A stretch of 64,000 bases of DNA from Candidatus Omnitrophota bacterium (GTDB lineage: Bacteria; Omnitrophota; Gorgyraeia; Gygaellales; Profunditerraquicolaceae). How positions within the stretch are numbered: the first letter of the stretch is position 1; each line of letters starts with the position of its first letter. The notes under the pieces were generated by a model, which saw nothing but the letters and a program-made list of their open reading frames with translations, ran no database searches and was not told the origin of the DNA. This document shows, one piece after another, positions 37,961-49,285 of the stretch. Location of the stretch: NCBI GenBank assembly GCA_035402765.1, contig DAONDX010000005.1, positions 7,304-71,303 of the forward strand, in the 5' to 3' direction. Made by a program: the position numbers and the translations under genes.

Positions 37961-39532
37961 ATGTCTAAACAGCATTACCCTAAAACTGCAGCAATGATTG
38001 ATTGTTTAGAGAATGCGTTAAAGTTTAGAAGAAAAAGTCGATCCGTAAAACTGCCTGGTTTAAAAACTAGCGGTGGAGCGGTTCGACTTTTTGTTTTATT
38101 TTTATTCGTAACCAGCGCATCCGGGTGCAGTTTTTTGGCTCCCGTTTATGAGAAGCCGAAACTTCCGGTTGCTGAAAGCTATCCGTATGATACCGTGGCA
38201 GAATCAGTTTCGGAGCCTACGGCTTCGGCGGCTATCGGATGGAAAGATTACTTTTTGGATAAAAAGCTATGTGCGATTATCGAGCAGGCTTTAAGATATA
38301 ATCGAGATTTGCGTAGTGCTGTGTTGCGCGTGGAAGAGGCGTGCGCTCTCTACGGAATTCAGCGGGCTGATCAGTTTCCCACGATCAATGCCGGAGCCAG
38401 CGGAATGCGTACACGTACGCCAGCTGATCTAAGCCTGACCGGTAATAAACAGACTAGCAAGCAATTTCAGGTGGATTTGAATTCAGCCGCCTGGGAAGTT
38501 GATTTTTGGGGGCGGGTGCGTAATTTAAAAGATGCGGCACTAGAAAATTACCTGGCCACTGGCGCAGCCCGCCAAGCGGCGATTGTTAGTTTGATTGCGA
38601 ATGTGGCTAATAGCTACTTAAGATTGAGCGAACTTGATGAACGTATAGCGCTAACGCGGCAGACGATTTCTACCCGGGAAGAATCGTTGCGGATTTTTAA
38701 ACGCCGGTTTGAAGAGGGGGCAATATCGCGTTTGGATGTGACTCAAGTCGAAACATTATTGAAGCAGGCGCAGGCTTTAGGCGCGCAGCTTGAACAAGAG
38801 CGTGCGATTGAGGCGCATTTTTTAGTCTTTCTTGCGGGTTCATCTTTGGATTTGGCTCCTGCCCAAAAACGCTTAAACGATTTTAATGTTTTACGCCCTT
38901 TGCGTTGCGGGCTTCCGTCAGAGCTGCTTATTAACCGTCCCGATATTATTGCTGCTGAACATCAGCTTCGGGCGGCGGGTGCTAATATCGGCGCTGCGCG
39001 TGCGGCATTCTTTCCGCGGGTGACGTTAATCGGTTCTTGGGGGTCGGCGAGTGCTGATCTTGAAGGATTGTTCGCTCCGGAAAGTTTAGTTTGGAAGTAT
39101 GGTCCAAATATTTCAATTCCAATTTTTGATACAGGACGTAATATGAATAATTTAAGTCTAGCCAAAGCCCGCCAGCATCTAGCGGTGGCCGGATACGAAA
39201 AAACCGTGCAGGCGGCTTTTCGCGAGGTCGCCGATGCTTTAGCGGAGCAAAAATGGTTAAGCGAACAGGTGCGTATTCAGCAGGAGACTTTGGTTGTCCA
39301 GACTGAGCGCGCCCGTCTTGCGCAATTGCGCTATGATAACGGGACCTCGGCCTTTTTGGAAGTGCTCGATGCTCAACGTGATTTGCTTTCCATCGAACAA
39401 CAATTAGTGCAAACGCGCCGCGCGCTACTTTCCAGCCGCGTTCGTTTATACGCCGCATTGGGCGGTGGCGCTCAGACTAGCGTGGTTGAGCAGGTTACTC
39501 TGGAAAATTTAAGCCAAATGAAAGGAAGTTAG
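37961..39532 (+). CDS. outer-membrane efflux factor paralog (NodT family lipoprotein)
   Basis: Lipobox SASGCSF. Paralogous to the 36254 gene. Confidence 0.85.
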   Translation: MSKQHYPKTAAMIDCLENALKFRRKSRSVKLPGLKTSGGAVRLFVLFLFVTSASGCSFLAPVYEKPKLPVAESYPYDTVAESVSEPTASAAIGWKDYFLDKKLCAIIEQALRYNRDLRSAVLRVEEACALYGIQRADQFPTINAGASGMRTRTPADLSLTGNKQTSKQFQVDLNSAAWEVDFWGRVRNLKDAALENYLATGAARQAAIVSLIANVANSYLRLSELDERIALTRQTISTREESLRIFKRRFEEGAISRLDVTQVETLLKQAQALGAQLEQERAIEAHFLVFLAGSSLDLAPAQKRLNDFNVLRPLRCGLPSELLINRPDIIAAEHQLRAAGANIGAARAAFFPRVTLIGSWGSASADLEGLFAPESLVWKYGPNISIPIFDTGRNMNNLSLAKARQHLAVAGYEKTVQAAFREVADALAEQKWLSEQVRIQQETLVVQTERARLAQLRYDNGTSAFLEVLDAQRDLLSIEQQLVQTRRALLSSRVRLYAALGGGAQTSVVEQVTLENLSQMKGS

Positions 39533-39533
39533 G

Positions 39534-40433
39534 ATGAATCTTAAAGTGAAAAAAATATTGATAATGGTTGTGATTGCGGTAGTGGTCGTTGTAGCGGGCT
39601 TTTATTTTTGGAATAGGCTGCGGCTTAATGATAAATCTCTGGTTAGCGGTAATGGCAGGATTGAAGCTACTGAAATTGACGTGTCGGCTAAACTGGCCGG
39701 CCGCGTGATAAATATTTTTGTTGACGAGGGTGATTTTGTCGAACCGGGACAACTCCTGGTGCAAATGCAAGTTGATGTATTAGAGGCACAGCGTGATGAG
39801 GCTAAGGCAGTGGTTGCGCAACGGGAGAGCGAATTAGACGCCGCGCAGCGTCGTCTGGTGCGAACAGAGGCATTAGCTAAAGAAGGGGCTGCTTCGATTC
39901 AAGAACTTGATGATGACCGGGCTAATGCACGCAGCGCTCAGGCAGCACTGGTCGCGGCCGAGGCTACGGTTACGCGAGTAGAAGCTGAAATTACCGATAG
40001 CGCTTTGAAAGCCCCTTGTTCCGGCAGAATCCAGTATCGGATCGCCCAAATTGGTGAAGTCCTTGGTGCCGGAGGCAAAGCGTTGAATATGGTGGATTTG
40101 TCCGATGTATATATGACGTTTTTTTTGCCTGAACATGCGGCGGGCCGGGTGTCAATAGGGGCGGAGGCGCGTATTGTGTTGGATGCCGCCCCGGAGTATG
40201 TAATCCCGGCTAAGATTAGTTTTGTAGCTTCTACCGCTCAATTTACACCTAAGACGGTGGAGACATCCAGTGAACGGCAGAAGTTAATGTTTCGAGCCAA
40301 GGCTCAAATTTCTCGTGAATTACTTTTGAAGTATCCTAAATATGTCAAAACAGGCCTGCCCGGGGTGGCCTGGATTAAGCTTGATTCCCTAGCTCAGTGG
40401 CCGAATAAACTCAAAATAAAAATACTGGAATGA
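39534..40433 (+). CDS. HlyD-family secretion/adaptor protein (YhiI-like)
   Basis: N-terminal TM helix, coiled coil, barrel-sandwich segments. Sits upstream of a double-NBD ABC gene, as in yhiI-rbbA. Confidence 0.8.
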   Translation: MNLKVKKILIMVVIAVVVVVAGFYFWNRLRLNDKSLVSGNGRIEATEIDVSAKLAGRVINIFVDEGDFVEPGQLLVQMQVDVLEAQRDEAKAVVAQRESELDAAQRRLVRTEALAKEGAASIQELDDDRANARSAQAALVAAEATVTRVEAEITDSALKAPCSGRIQYRIAQIGEVLGAGGKALNMVDLSDVYMTFFLPEHAAGRVSIGAEARIVLDAAPEYVIPAKISFVASTAQFTPKTVETSSERQKLMFRAKAQISRELLLKYPKYVKTGLPGVAWIKLDSLAQWPNKLKIKILE

Positions 40434-43207
40434 TCAAAAATACAACCAGCTCCGTCGATGCGGTTGCCCGTTTATCCGGCGTCAGCTTGCGTTATCGAAA
40501 GACGATTGCGCTGGATAATGTTAATCTAGAGATCCCAGCGGCCTGTATGGTGGGGTTGATTGGTCCGGATGGCGTGGGTAAATCCAGTTTGTTATCGCTG
40601 GTTTCCGGGGCCCGCGCTGTACAACAGGGGAAAGTTGAGGTGTTGGGCGGAGATATGTCTAATGTCCGCCACCGGAATATTGTTTGTCCTCATATTGCTT
40701 ATATGCCGCAAGGCTTAGGAAAAAATCTTTATCCTACTTTATCGGTTGAAGAAAATCTGCAGTTTTTTGCCCGCCTGTTCGGCCATGGTGCCGCTGAACG
40801 TAGACGCCGGATTGATAACTTGACTTCAGCTACCGGTTTACACCAATTTCTTGGACGTCCGGCCGGTAAACTTTCCGGGGGTATGAAGCAGAAATTAGGA
40901 TTATGCTGCGCGTTGATCCATGACCCGGAGTTACTGATTTTAGATGAACCGACTACCGGGGTTGATCCGCTGGCCCGCAGGCAATTTTGGAATCTGATTG
41001 ACGGTATCCGCCGTTTGCGGCCGGCGATGAGTGTAATTGTGGCTACTGCCTATACCGAAGAAGCTGAAGGTTTTGATTGGTTAGTGGCAATGGATGCCGG
41101 AGGAATATTAGCTGTCGGTACGCCGCTTCAGTTGCATGAACGTACGGGGGCTGATTCGTTGGAAGCGGCATTTATTGCGTTATTACCTGAAGAAAAAAAA
41201 CGTTCTCATCGTAAAGTTGTTGTTCCCCCGTTGATTACTAGCGGTAAAGAGGAAGTAGCTATTGAAGCGCATGAATTGACTATGAAGTTTGGTGATTTTA
41301 CGGCGGTTGACCATGTGAGTTTTCGTATTCGCCGCGGCGAGATCTTCGGGTTTTTGGGTTCTAATGGTTGTGGTAAATCCACGACCATGAAAATGCTTAC
41401 CGGACTTCTGCCGGCGAGTGAGGGTGAGGCTTGGCTTTTTGCCCAACCGGTAGACGCGCATGACATTGCCACGCGCCGGCGCGTCGGCTATATGTCGCAA
41501 TCATTCTCATTGTACACTGAACTTAGCGTAAAACAGAATCTGATGCTGCATGCGCGTCTGTTCAATGTGCCGGAGCCGGAAATCCCGCAACGGGTTGAAG
41601 CGATGGTTAATCGTTTTGACCTTAAAGATGCACTCAATATCTTGCCGGATAATCTTCCGTTAGGTATCCGGCAGCGCCTATCACTGGCGGTAGCCATGGT
41701 GCACCAGCCGGAATTGCTAATATTGGATGAGCCGACCTCGGGTGTTGATCCAATCGCGCGCGATAATTTTTGGTATTTAATGATTGAGTTAGCGCGTAAG
41801 GATAAGGTTACAATTTTTATTTCCACGCACTTTATGAATGAAGCTGAGCGTTGCGACCGTATTTCTCTTATGCATGCCGGCCGGGTTCTGGTGAGTGATG
41901 CACCGGCGGAGTTAGTGCGCAAACGCGGCTCCTCTACTTTGGAGCAGGCATTTATCGGCTATCTTGAGGATGCCGGAGCTACCGGTGAGCAGGTTAAATT
42001 GCCTGTTAACACTCCGCTTGTTCAGTCGGTTAAAGCTGCCGTTGAACAGGGAAGAATAAAATTTTTAAATAAATTAAGTAAATTTTTTAATATTAAACGT
42101 GCGTTTAGTTATTCGCTGCGCGAAACCCTGGAATTAGATCGTGATCCGGTGAGAAAGACGCTGGCGTTAGTGGGCAGCCTTATTTTAATGTTCGTTATGG
42201 GATTTGGTATTAGTATGGATGTGGAAAATCTTAGTTTTGCGGTACTTGATCGCGATCAGACAATTTTGAGCCAGAGTTACGCTTTAAGTTTAGACGGATC
42301 GCGGTATTTTGACGAAAAACCTCCGATTGCTAACTATGCTGAACTTGACCGGCGTATGCGCAGCGGGGAACTTTCGTTAGCGATTGAAATTCCTCCGGGT
42401 TTTGCGCGTGACCTGGGGCGTGGAGACCCGGTGCAAATTGCTGCCTGGATTGATGGAGCGATGCCATCGCGCGCTGAGACTGTGCAGGGTTATGTCAAAG
42501 GAATGCATCAAAGCTGGCTAGTAGATAAGGCTAAACATCGATTCGGCTTAGACTTTAAAGGGCTGGCGACGATTGAAACTCGTTTTCGATATAACCCGGA
42601 TGTTAAAAGCTTACCGGCTATGGTCCCAGTGGTTATCCCGCTTTTACTGCTGATGATTCCCGGTATGCTTACGGCTTTATCAGTGGTGCGTGAGAAAGAA
42701 TTGGGTTCAATTATTAACCTCTATGTTACTCCGGTTACCCGCGCTGAGTTTTTGCTTGGTAAACAATTACCGTATATTGCTTTGGGTATGGTCAGTTTTC
42801 TGCTGATGACGTTGTTGGCAGTTACCGTTTTTGGCGTACCGATTAAGGGCAGCTTCCCGGCGTTAGCCTTGGCCGCGCTGATCTTTATTATTTTTTCTAC
42901 CGGGTTTGGATTATTTGCCTCTACTTTTACCAAGAGTCAGATTGCGGCGATGTTTATGGCAATGATCGGGACGATGATCCCGGCAACTCAATTTTCCGGG
43001 ATGCTTGATCCGGTGTCTTCGCTGGAGGGGGTCAGTCGTTTAATGGGGGAAGTGTATCCGGCGACACATTTTTTCATCATTAGCCGTGGAATATTTAACA
43101 AATCCTTGGGGCTAGGTGATTTGCAGGTAGCGTTTTGGTCAATGTTGCTTGCCGGCCCGGTGATTATGGGTTTGTCTATAATGTTGCTAAAAAAACAGGA
43201 TGCTTAA
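40430..43207 (+). CDS. ABC transporter with two ATP-binding domains fused to an ABC-2 permease (RbbA/YhiH-like)
   Basis: Two Walker A motifs (GPDGVGKSS; GSNGCGKST), two LSGG signatures, and a C-terminal 6-TM ABC-2 domain. Confidence 0.85.
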   Translation: MIKNTTSSVDAVARLSGVSLRYRKTIALDNVNLEIPAACMVGLIGPDGVGKSSLLSLVSGARAVQQGKVEVLGGDMSNVRHRNIVCPHIAYMPQGLGKNLYPTLSVEENLQFFARLFGHGAAERRRRIDNLTSATGLHQFLGRPAGKLSGGMKQKLGLCCALIHDPELLILDEPTTGVDPLARRQFWNLIDGIRRLRPAMSVIVATAYTEEAEGFDWLVAMDAGGILAVGTPLQLHERTGADSLEAAFIALLPEEKKRSHRKVVVPPLITSGKEEVAIEAHELTMKFGDFTAVDHVSFRIRRGEIFGFLGSNGCGKSTTMKMLTGLLPASEGEAWLFAQPVDAHDIATRRRVGYMSQSFSLYTELSVKQNLMLHARLFNVPEPEIPQRVEAMVNRFDLKDALNILPDNLPLGIRQRLSLAVAMVHQPELLILDEPTSGVDPIARDNFWYLMIELARKDKVTIFISTHFMNEAERCDRISLMHAGRVLVSDAPAELVRKRGSSTLEQAFIGYLEDAGATGEQVKLPVNTPLVQSVKAAVEQGRIKFLNKLSKFFNIKRAFSYSLRETLELDRDPVRKTLALVGSLILMFVMGFGISMDVENLSFAVLDRDQTILSQSYALSLDGSRYFDEKPPIANYAELDRRMRSGELSLAIEIPPGFARDLGRGDPVQIAAWIDGAMPSRAETVQGYVKGMHQSWLVDKAKHRFGLDFKGLATIETRFRYNPDVKSLPAMVPVVIPLLLLMIPGMLTALSVVREKELGSIINLYVTPVTRAEFLLGKQLPYIALGMVSFLLMTLLAVTVFGVPIKGSFPALALAALIFIIFSTGFGLFASTFTKSQIAAMFMAMIGTMIPATQFSGMLDPVSSLEGVSRLMGEVYPATHFFIISRGIFNKSLGLGDLQVAFWSMLLAGPVIMGLSIMLLKKQDA

Positions 43208-43209
43208 TT

Positions 43210-44334
43210 ATGCGTTATATTTCTAACATTCGTCGTCTCGGTGTAAAGGAATTATGGAGCCTCTGGCGTGATCCGATAATGCTGGTGTTAATTATTTGGA
43301 CATTTACCGGCGCAGTCTATATGCATGGTACGGCGATGCCCGATGCTTTGAGTAAGGCCACGATTGCTATTGTAGATGAAGACCGATCTCCGTTATCAGA
43401 GCGCATCGTTTCAGCTTTTTACCCACCGTATTTTGTAAAACCGCGGATGATTTCATTAGCTCAGGTTGATCAGGGTATGGATAAGGGTAAATTTACTTTT
43501 GCATTGGATATTCCGCCGGAATTCCAGCGCGATGTGCTGGCTGGGCGTTCTCCGGCTGTTCAGCTGAATGTAGATGCTACGCGAATGAGCCAGGCTTTTA
43601 CCGGTAGCGGTTATATTCAGGAAATCATACTTGGTCAGGTTAGCGAATTTGCTCAGCGTTATCGCGGGAATGCAGCTCTTCCGGTAGAACTGAACTTGCG
43701 GGCACGCTTTAATCCTTCATTGAAGCAGTCTTGGTTTGGGGCATTAATGGAGTTGATCAATGTCGTTACTATGCTGTCAATCATTTTGTCCGGAGCCGCG
43801 CTGATCCGCGAACGCGAGCATGGCACTATTGAACATCTTCTGGTTATGCCGGTAACTCCGGCAGAGATCATGTTAGCTAAGATTTGGTCGATGGGCCTGG
43901 TAGTTTTAGTGGTTACTGCTTTATCGTTAGCACTGGTTGTCCATGGCGCATTAAAGATACCGATTGGAAGTATGGTGTGGTTATTTTTTGTCTGCGCAGC
44001 ATTGCACTTGTTTGCCACTACTTCTATGGGAATTTTTCTTGCAACGATTGCCCGGAGCATGCCGCAGTTTGGACTGTTGATAGTATTATTATTGTTGCCA
44101 TTACAGATGTTGTCGGGAGGCATTACTCCGCGGGAGAGCATGCCGGTATTCGTGCAAAGTATAATGCTGACTATGCCGACCACGCATTTTGTGTCCGCCT
44201 CTCAGGCAATTCTCTATCGCAGCGCAGGTATTGGCGTAGTCTGGCAGCAGATGATCGCTTTGGCTATAATCGGCATGGTGTTTTTTGCTATTTCATTATC
44301 TCAATTCCGTAAGACTATCGGTCAAATGGTTTGA
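43210..44334 (+). CDS. ABC-2 family permease (YhhJ-like)
   Basis: N-terminal periplasmic domain plus 6 TM helices. Start ATG 43210 just after the rbbA-like stop. Confidence 0.75.
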   Translation: MRYISNIRRLGVKELWSLWRDPIMLVLIIWTFTGAVYMHGTAMPDALSKATIAIVDEDRSPLSERIVSAFYPPYFVKPRMISLAQVDQGMDKGKFTFALDIPPEFQRDVLAGRSPAVQLNVDATRMSQAFTGSGYIQEIILGQVSEFAQRYRGNAALPVELNLRARFNPSLKQSWFGALMELINVVTMLSIILSGAALIREREHGTIEHLLVMPVTPAEIMLAKIWSMGLVVLVVTALSLALVVHGALKIPIGSMVWLFFVCAALHLFATTSMGIFLATIARSMPQFGLLIVLLLLPLQMLSGGITPRESMPVFVQSIMLTMPTTHFVSASQAILYRSAGIGVVWQQMIALAIIGMVFFAISLSQFRKTIGQMV

Positions 44335-44407
44335 TGAAGAGCATAAAAAATTTAGTAAATATTTTAACGCAATGCCAGAGATTAATAAATTCAAGCTTTA
44401 TTTGTCC

Positions 44408-44555
44408 TTGACATCGATATATAAGGGGGGATAATATTGATGAACTAACTCACAAAGGAGGTTCTTTGGTGAGCAAGAAAAGATCAGATATTTTAGCCAA
44501 ATTTTAAATCGCCGCCCAAGTCCAGCAGAGATGCCGTCCTTGGGTTTATTATTAT
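44408..44555 (+). promoter_or_regulatory. promoter (TTGACA-17-ATAATA) plus leader with RBS-preceded 12-codon mini-ORF and terminator-like hairpin
   Basis: Mini-ORF GTG 44469-44507 (MSKKRSDILAKF) behind AAAGGAGG. Hairpin CCCAAG...CTTGGG at 44515-44544 followed by TTTATTATTAT. Confidence 0.35.
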
Positions 44556-44565
44556 AAAGGATAAA

Positions 44566-45537
44566 ATGTCAGGTAAAAAAAGAATTCTCATTGTTGATGA
44601 TGAAGAAGATCTTTGTTTCATCTTGTCTAAGAATTTTGAAATTCTTGGGGGTTTTGATGTATCTTACGCTTTGACTGGCCAACAGGCATTGAGCCAGGTA
44701 AGAAGCTTTGCGCCGGATTTAGTTTTTTTGGATATTGGACTGCAAGATATAGATGGAATAAGCCTGATCAAAAGAATGCTCGCCTTGAACAGCAATTTGC
44801 GGATTATAATTTTGACGGGCAAAGGAACTCATGATTATGTGGAGACGGCATTTAAAGCTGGAGCGGTTGATTTCGCGTTGAAGCCTTGTGAAACTAAAAA
44901 ATTAATTGCGTTGGTTAAAAAGCATATTCCCGAAGGACCGGAAAATCAAGAGTTGAAATCGCCTAAAACTGCTAGATTCACGAAAATATTATTTCTGGAT
45001 ATCTTAGCTAGTTTTGTTTCTGCTTCAGAAGCTAAAAGTAAATATTTAAAGGGCCACTCTGAAAGGGTAGCGGATTTATCTAAAAAAATCGGACAAAAAT
45101 TAGGATTCAATCAAGACCAATTGGATGTGCTGGAGTACAGTGCTATTATGCATGATGTGGGCAAGATCGGAGTAAAAGATGAGATCTTGGATAAAGAGGC
45201 AAAGCTGACTTTAGAAGAGTGGGAGCAGATTAAGCAACATCCGGTTATCGGCAGCGAAATTATTAATAAAATCCGCCTTTTACGTTTAGAAGCGCCTAAC
45301 ATAGAACATCATCATGAGCGTTTTGACGGAGCAGGCTATCCTGATGGGCTAAAAGAAAAGGAAATTCCTTTAATGGCCAGGATAATCGCGATTGCCGATA
45401 CTTATGACGCGATAACTTCCAAGAGGCCATACCGAAATCAGAATACCATTGAAGAAGCTGCGCGGGAGATTAAGAAAAACAGCGGTAGCCAATTTGACCC
45501 CCAGATAGTCGAAGCTTTTTTGAAGATTATCCAGTAG
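44566..45537 (+). CDS. response regulator with HD-GYP phosphodiesterase domain (RpfG-like)
   Basis: REC domain (LVFLDIGL). HD at HDVGKIG. HHHERFDGAGYPDG. Confidence 0.85.
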   Translation: MSGKKRILIVDDEEDLCFILSKNFEILGGFDVSYALTGQQALSQVRSFAPDLVFLDIGLQDIDGISLIKRMLALNSNLRIIILTGKGTHDYVETAFKAGAVDFALKPCETKKLIALVKKHIPEGPENQELKSPKTARFTKILFLDILASFVSASEAKSKYLKGHSERVADLSKKIGQKLGFNQDQLDVLEYSAIMHDVGKIGVKDEILDKEAKLTLEEWEQIKQHPVIGSEIINKIRLLRLEAPNIEHHHERFDGAGYPDGLKEKEIPLMARIIAIADTYDAITSKRPYRNQNTIEEAAREIKKNSGSQFDPQIVEAFLKIIQ

Positions 45538-45643
45538 GTTTACGGTTTTTGATTGCCCCTATTTATTAGAAAGCTTCTTAACGGTATTCACATGAGGTTT
45601 TCTTCGGCGTGGGCGTAACTATTTATGTAAATAAGTCCCCCGC

Positions 45644-45764
45644 TTGATTTTTATTCTATGAAATGGTAAACTTTTTATAAGGGTAAGTAAAGGTATTTTC
45701 TCCTCATAGCTATAAGCTAGTTCAAGTAAAGACAACTCTAAAGGGGAGGGTTGTCTTTTTTTAT
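45644..45764 (+). promoter_or_regulatory. promoter (TTGATT-17-TAAACT) plus terminator-like leader hairpin upstream of the PAS-GGDEF gene
   Basis: Hairpin GACAAC...GTTGTC at 45731-45755 with a TTTTTTTA tract. The downstream gene's RBS AAAGAGG follows immediately. Confidence 0.35.
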
Positions 45765-45783
45765 TTTTAAAGAGGCCTTGAAT

Positions 45784-47724
45784 ATGAATAATTCTTCGCC
45801 GGAAGAAAGAGAACTTTGCGAGCGTATAATTAGCAGTGATACCGTTATTAATAAGATAAGCGATGGCATCACGGTTTCTGATGTTAACGGGTATTTTGAA
45901 ATATTTAATCTCAAAATGCAGGAGATTACCGGTTATACTAAAGAAGAAGCAAATTCTGCCAAGGATTTTAATGAGCTGATCCACCCTGATTTTAACGATC
46001 GTCAAAACATCCTGGCCAGTTTAAGCGAGATTGCTAAAGAAAAGAATTGCCTTGAAGCTGAAACCGCTGTCTGGGCCAAAGATGGGACGAAGAAAATACT
46101 CCTTGTGTCGACTTCCTTAATCCGTTATAAAAACCAGGATATGTTTTTAAGTATTTGGCGCGAAGTTACTCAGCGCAGCCATGCACAAAGCGTTTCGGAT
46201 GAATCTGAAATTATCTACCGGCGGCTTTTTGAAGCCGCTCAGGATGGGATTTTGATCCTGGATGCTGAAACCGGAAAAATTACGGAGGCTAATAAATTCA
46301 TAACTGATATGCTGGGTTATCCCCGCGATGAACTTTTAGGCAAAAAACTCTGGGAGATCGGAGCTTTTATAAATATCGAAGAAAGCAAGAGTGCTTTTGA
46401 GGCATTGCAAGCCCAAGGTTATATCCGCTATGAAAATTTGCCTTTGCAAGCCAAAAGCGGTAGCTTGGTTAATGTGGAGTTTGTTAGCAATGTCTATATC
46501 GCTGATCAAAAGAAGGTCATTCAGTGTAATATCCGCGACATTACTGTTCGCAGACGTTTGGAAGAGGAGGAGAACAAGAAATTTAAAGAGATGGCTTTAA
46601 AGGATTCCCACACCGGTCTTTACAACTATGATTATCTTAAAGAGGCGCTCAGGGTTAATTTTTCACGCGCAGAGAGGGAAGCTACCCTTCTTTCGATAAC
46701 CATGATGGACTTGGATTATTTTAAATCCATAAACGATGTTTACGGACACCTTTTTGGGGATTTAATATTAAAACAATTTGCTATGCTGTTAATCGAAACC
46801 ATCCGTCCCTATGATGTAGCGATTCGTTACGGAGGGGAAGAATTCATTATTATTTCTCCGGATACCAGCAGAGCCGGAGCATTAATTTTAGCAAATCGAA
46901 TACTAAATAAAGCGCAGTTGTTGGATTTCGGGGATAAAACGCATGTGATTAAATTAAAGTTAAGCTTAGCAGTGGCAACTTACCCAGAAGATAATGTTTG
47001 TAATGACCTGGAGCTTTTAGCTTTGGTTGATCAGATTCTGATTAAGGCTAAAGAGAGCGGCGGCAACCGAGTTTATTCCTCTTTGAATATAGGAAAAATT
47101 AAAGTTCAAACCCGGGAATCTTCCGATATTCATTTGCTCAAAGATAAAATCGGTAAACTTAATCAGCGGGTGACGCAGAGCCTGGTAGAAGAAACTTTCG
47201 CTTTTGCCAAATCGATCGAGCAAAAAGACCATTATACCGGAGAGCATTCTGAAAGAACGATCGGTTATGCTGTGGGTATCGCCCGGAAATTAAATTTATC
47301 CCAAGAGGCGATCGGGCTTATTGAGCAGGCAGCCATGCTGCATGATCTGGGAAAGGTTGGGATCAGTGAAAAAATTTTGCTTAAGAAGTCTAAGCTCAGC
47401 AATGAGGAATTCACTGAGATAAAAAAACACCCCCAGATCGGAGTAGATATTATCAGGTCAATTAATTCTCTGCATCCGATAATTCCGGCTATTCTTTATC
47501 ATCATGAGAGATGGGACGGCAAGGGATATCCTTATGGGTTTAAAAAAGAAAGAATCCCTCTGGCCGCCAGGATTATTTCTATTGCTGATGTATATGAGGC
47601 GTTGGTTTCTGATCGCCCTTATCGCAAGGCTTACTCAAAAGAAAAGGCGGTCAGCATCGTAAAAAAAGCTTCCGGAACCCAATTTGATCCGGAAATAGTA
47701 GAATATCTATTAAAGATCCTATAA
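45784..47724 (+). CDS. PAS/PAC sensor with diguanylate cyclase (GGDEF) and HD-GYP domains
   Basis: Two PAS-like segments. RYGGEEFII active site. HDLGKVG...HHERWDGKGYPYG. Start moved to ATG 45784 (RBS AAAGAGG), because the tracked TTG 45751 lies inside the terminator hairpin. Confidence 0.85.
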   Translation: MNNSSPEERELCERIISSDTVINKISDGITVSDVNGYFEIFNLKMQEITGYTKEEANSAKDFNELIHPDFNDRQNILASLSEIAKEKNCLEAETAVWAKDGTKKILLVSTSLIRYKNQDMFLSIWREVTQRSHAQSVSDESEIIYRRLFEAAQDGILILDAETGKITEANKFITDMLGYPRDELLGKKLWEIGAFINIEESKSAFEALQAQGYIRYENLPLQAKSGSLVNVEFVSNVYIADQKKVIQCNIRDITVRRRLEEEENKKFKEMALKDSHTGLYNYDYLKEALRVNFSRAEREATLLSITMMDLDYFKSINDVYGHLFGDLILKQFAMLLIETIRPYDVAIRYGGEEFIIISPDTSRAGALILANRILNKAQLLDFGDKTHVIKLKLSLAVATYPEDNVCNDLELLALVDQILIKAKESGGNRVYSSLNIGKIKVQTRESSDIHLLKDKIGKLNQRVTQSLVEETFAFAKSIEQKDHYTGEHSERTIGYAVGIARKLNLSQEAIGLIEQAAMLHDLGKVGISEKILLKKSKLSNEEFTEIKKHPQIGVDIIRSINSLHPIIPAILYHHERWDGKGYPYGFKKERIPLAARIISIADVYEALVSDRPYRKAYSKEKAVSIVKKASGTQFDPEIVEYLLKIL

Positions 47725-47755
47725 GAAAAAGATAAATATTCGTCTAAAGTCTGCC

Positions 47756-49285
47756 TTAGCTTTCATGAGTAGATTTTCTAAAGCAGTGGATATAAAAGCC
47801 GTCGTTTGTTGAATTAACTACCCGGTTGAAATCTTTATTAAAACTATCGATTACTTTTTGTCCTGCCTGGCTATTGTCATTTCTTTCCCAGTTGCTGCCG
47901 ATTATCCAGATTAAATTATCCGCATTTTTAATTTTAGCTTTAGCGGTTTCGATGTTAATGAACCTACCTTTTTCCACAAAAGGCGTCTTAAAAGTATCAT
48001 GGAGGGCGCCATTGGGGAAAATAAAATAATGGGGGTACTTAAAGTTATAAAAGCTAAAGGCCGGGTATATCGAAAGATGGGAGATCAAATAAAGATCATT
48101 GGGCCGGCCTGATTTTTCCAGGAAGCTTATAGCAGATTTTATTTTTTCTTTAGGGGTTACCCCGATCCTGTGCTGCAGGAAACAAAGGTTAGTTTGCGCA
48201 TAATAATTAAAAAGCGCATAACAGAGTAAAAATAAAACAACGGCGATTGAAAATATTTTGGCCCATTTTTTTAAGTTTAAAATAGCAAAAGAAACAAGCA
48301 GATAGAATAAGGGAATAAAAATAATTAATCCGCGATCCAGCCAGATCGCAAGAATTGATCTGGAAAATAAAAAAGAAATTACTAGCCCAATAGTTAATAG
48401 GCTGAATCCGCACCGGTAAACAGGGTTATTCAGCAGCTCTTTTTTTAGGATAAAAATGTAGCCAAAAATAAATATTAAAAATAAATCGTAAAAAATATAC
48501 ACGCCCGTTGCGCAATTATAGCCCATTCCGAAATTTTCAAAAACGTACTTTAAGTTGAGCAGCGGCAGCGTGGGGATGGTATTCCAAAAGCCCTGTTTAA
48601 TAAACAGGTATTCTTTGGTAAAAGAGGGCAGCCAGTAACTGTAGATTACCAGAATAAAGCTGTAGCAGATTATAATCTTGCCAAAGCTGACTTTAAACAG
48701 TGAATAAATAAATTCTGCGCACAAAAGTAAAATAAAGAAATAAGATGAATACAAGCCCAGGATGGAAATTAGAGAAAACTTTAGCCATCCGGCTAGGTTT
48801 TTATTTTTTAGGAGGCTTAAAAAATAATAGATATTTAAGACTGCCAATAAACAGCTTAATATGTAGTGCCGCACTTCTTGAGAATACCAGATATGAAAAG
48901 GGGAGAGAGCGATTAAAGCGGTAGCTAAATATACTATTTTTTTATCGGTAATAATTTTTTTGAAATTGAAGGTAGCGATTACCGTAAAAACCCCGATGAT
49001 TACGGAAGGGAGCCTGAGCCAAAATTCATTCGCCGGAAAGATTTTAATCCAATAGTGTAAAAGAAAATAAAATAAGGGCGGTTCGATGAATTTTTGGTGT
49101 GTGGGGTGAAAAAAATCCCGGGCCGAGTAAAAAGAAATAATTTCATCATACCAAAGGTCATATTTGGCCAGCTGGTAAGTACGCAACGCCAGGGCAACGG
49201 CAATTATCAATAACAGGAAAGCGCCCTCTGCGGACAGCCGTTTGCGGATGGAACAATTAAGACGTTCAAGATTTAAATATTTCAT
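47756..49285 (-). CDS. GT-C membrane glycosyltransferase (GT39/GT83 ArnT/PMT-like)
   Basis: About 12 TM helices. First-loop YDLWYDEIISF contains the DE catalytic motif. Alternative start at 49321. Confidence 0.65.
   Translation of the reverse strand: MKYLNLERLNCSIRKRLSAEGAFLLLIIAVALALRTYQLAKYDLWYDEIISFYSARDFFHPTHQKFIEPPLFYFLLHYWIKIFPANEFWLRLPSVIIGVFTVIATFNFKKIITDKKIVYLATALIALSPFHIWYSQEVRHYILSCLLAVLNIYYFLSLLKNKNLAGWLKFSLISILGLYSSYFFILLLCAEFIYSLFKVSFGKIIICYSFILVIYSYWLPSFTKEYLFIKQGFWNTIPTLPLLNLKYVFENFGMGYNCATGVYIFYDLFLIFIFGYIFILKKELLNNPVYRCGFSLLTIGLVISFLFSRSILAIWLDRGLIIFIPLFYLLVSFAILNLKKWAKIFSIAVVLFLLCYALFNYYAQTNLCFLQHRIGVTPKEKIKSAISFLEKSGRPNDLYLISHLSIYPAFSFYNFKYPHYFIFPNGALHDTFKTPFVEKGRFINIETAKAKIKNADNLIWIIGSNWERNDNSQAGQKVIDSFNKDFNRVVNSTNDGFYIHCFRKSTHES

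Noticed and set aside
45619-46005. 128-aa minus-strand ORF spanning the intergenic leader and 5' end of the PAS-GGDEF gene.
   Set aside because: It overlaps the plus-strand promoter, terminator hairpin and CDS. No RBS, and an AT-rich low-complexity translation.
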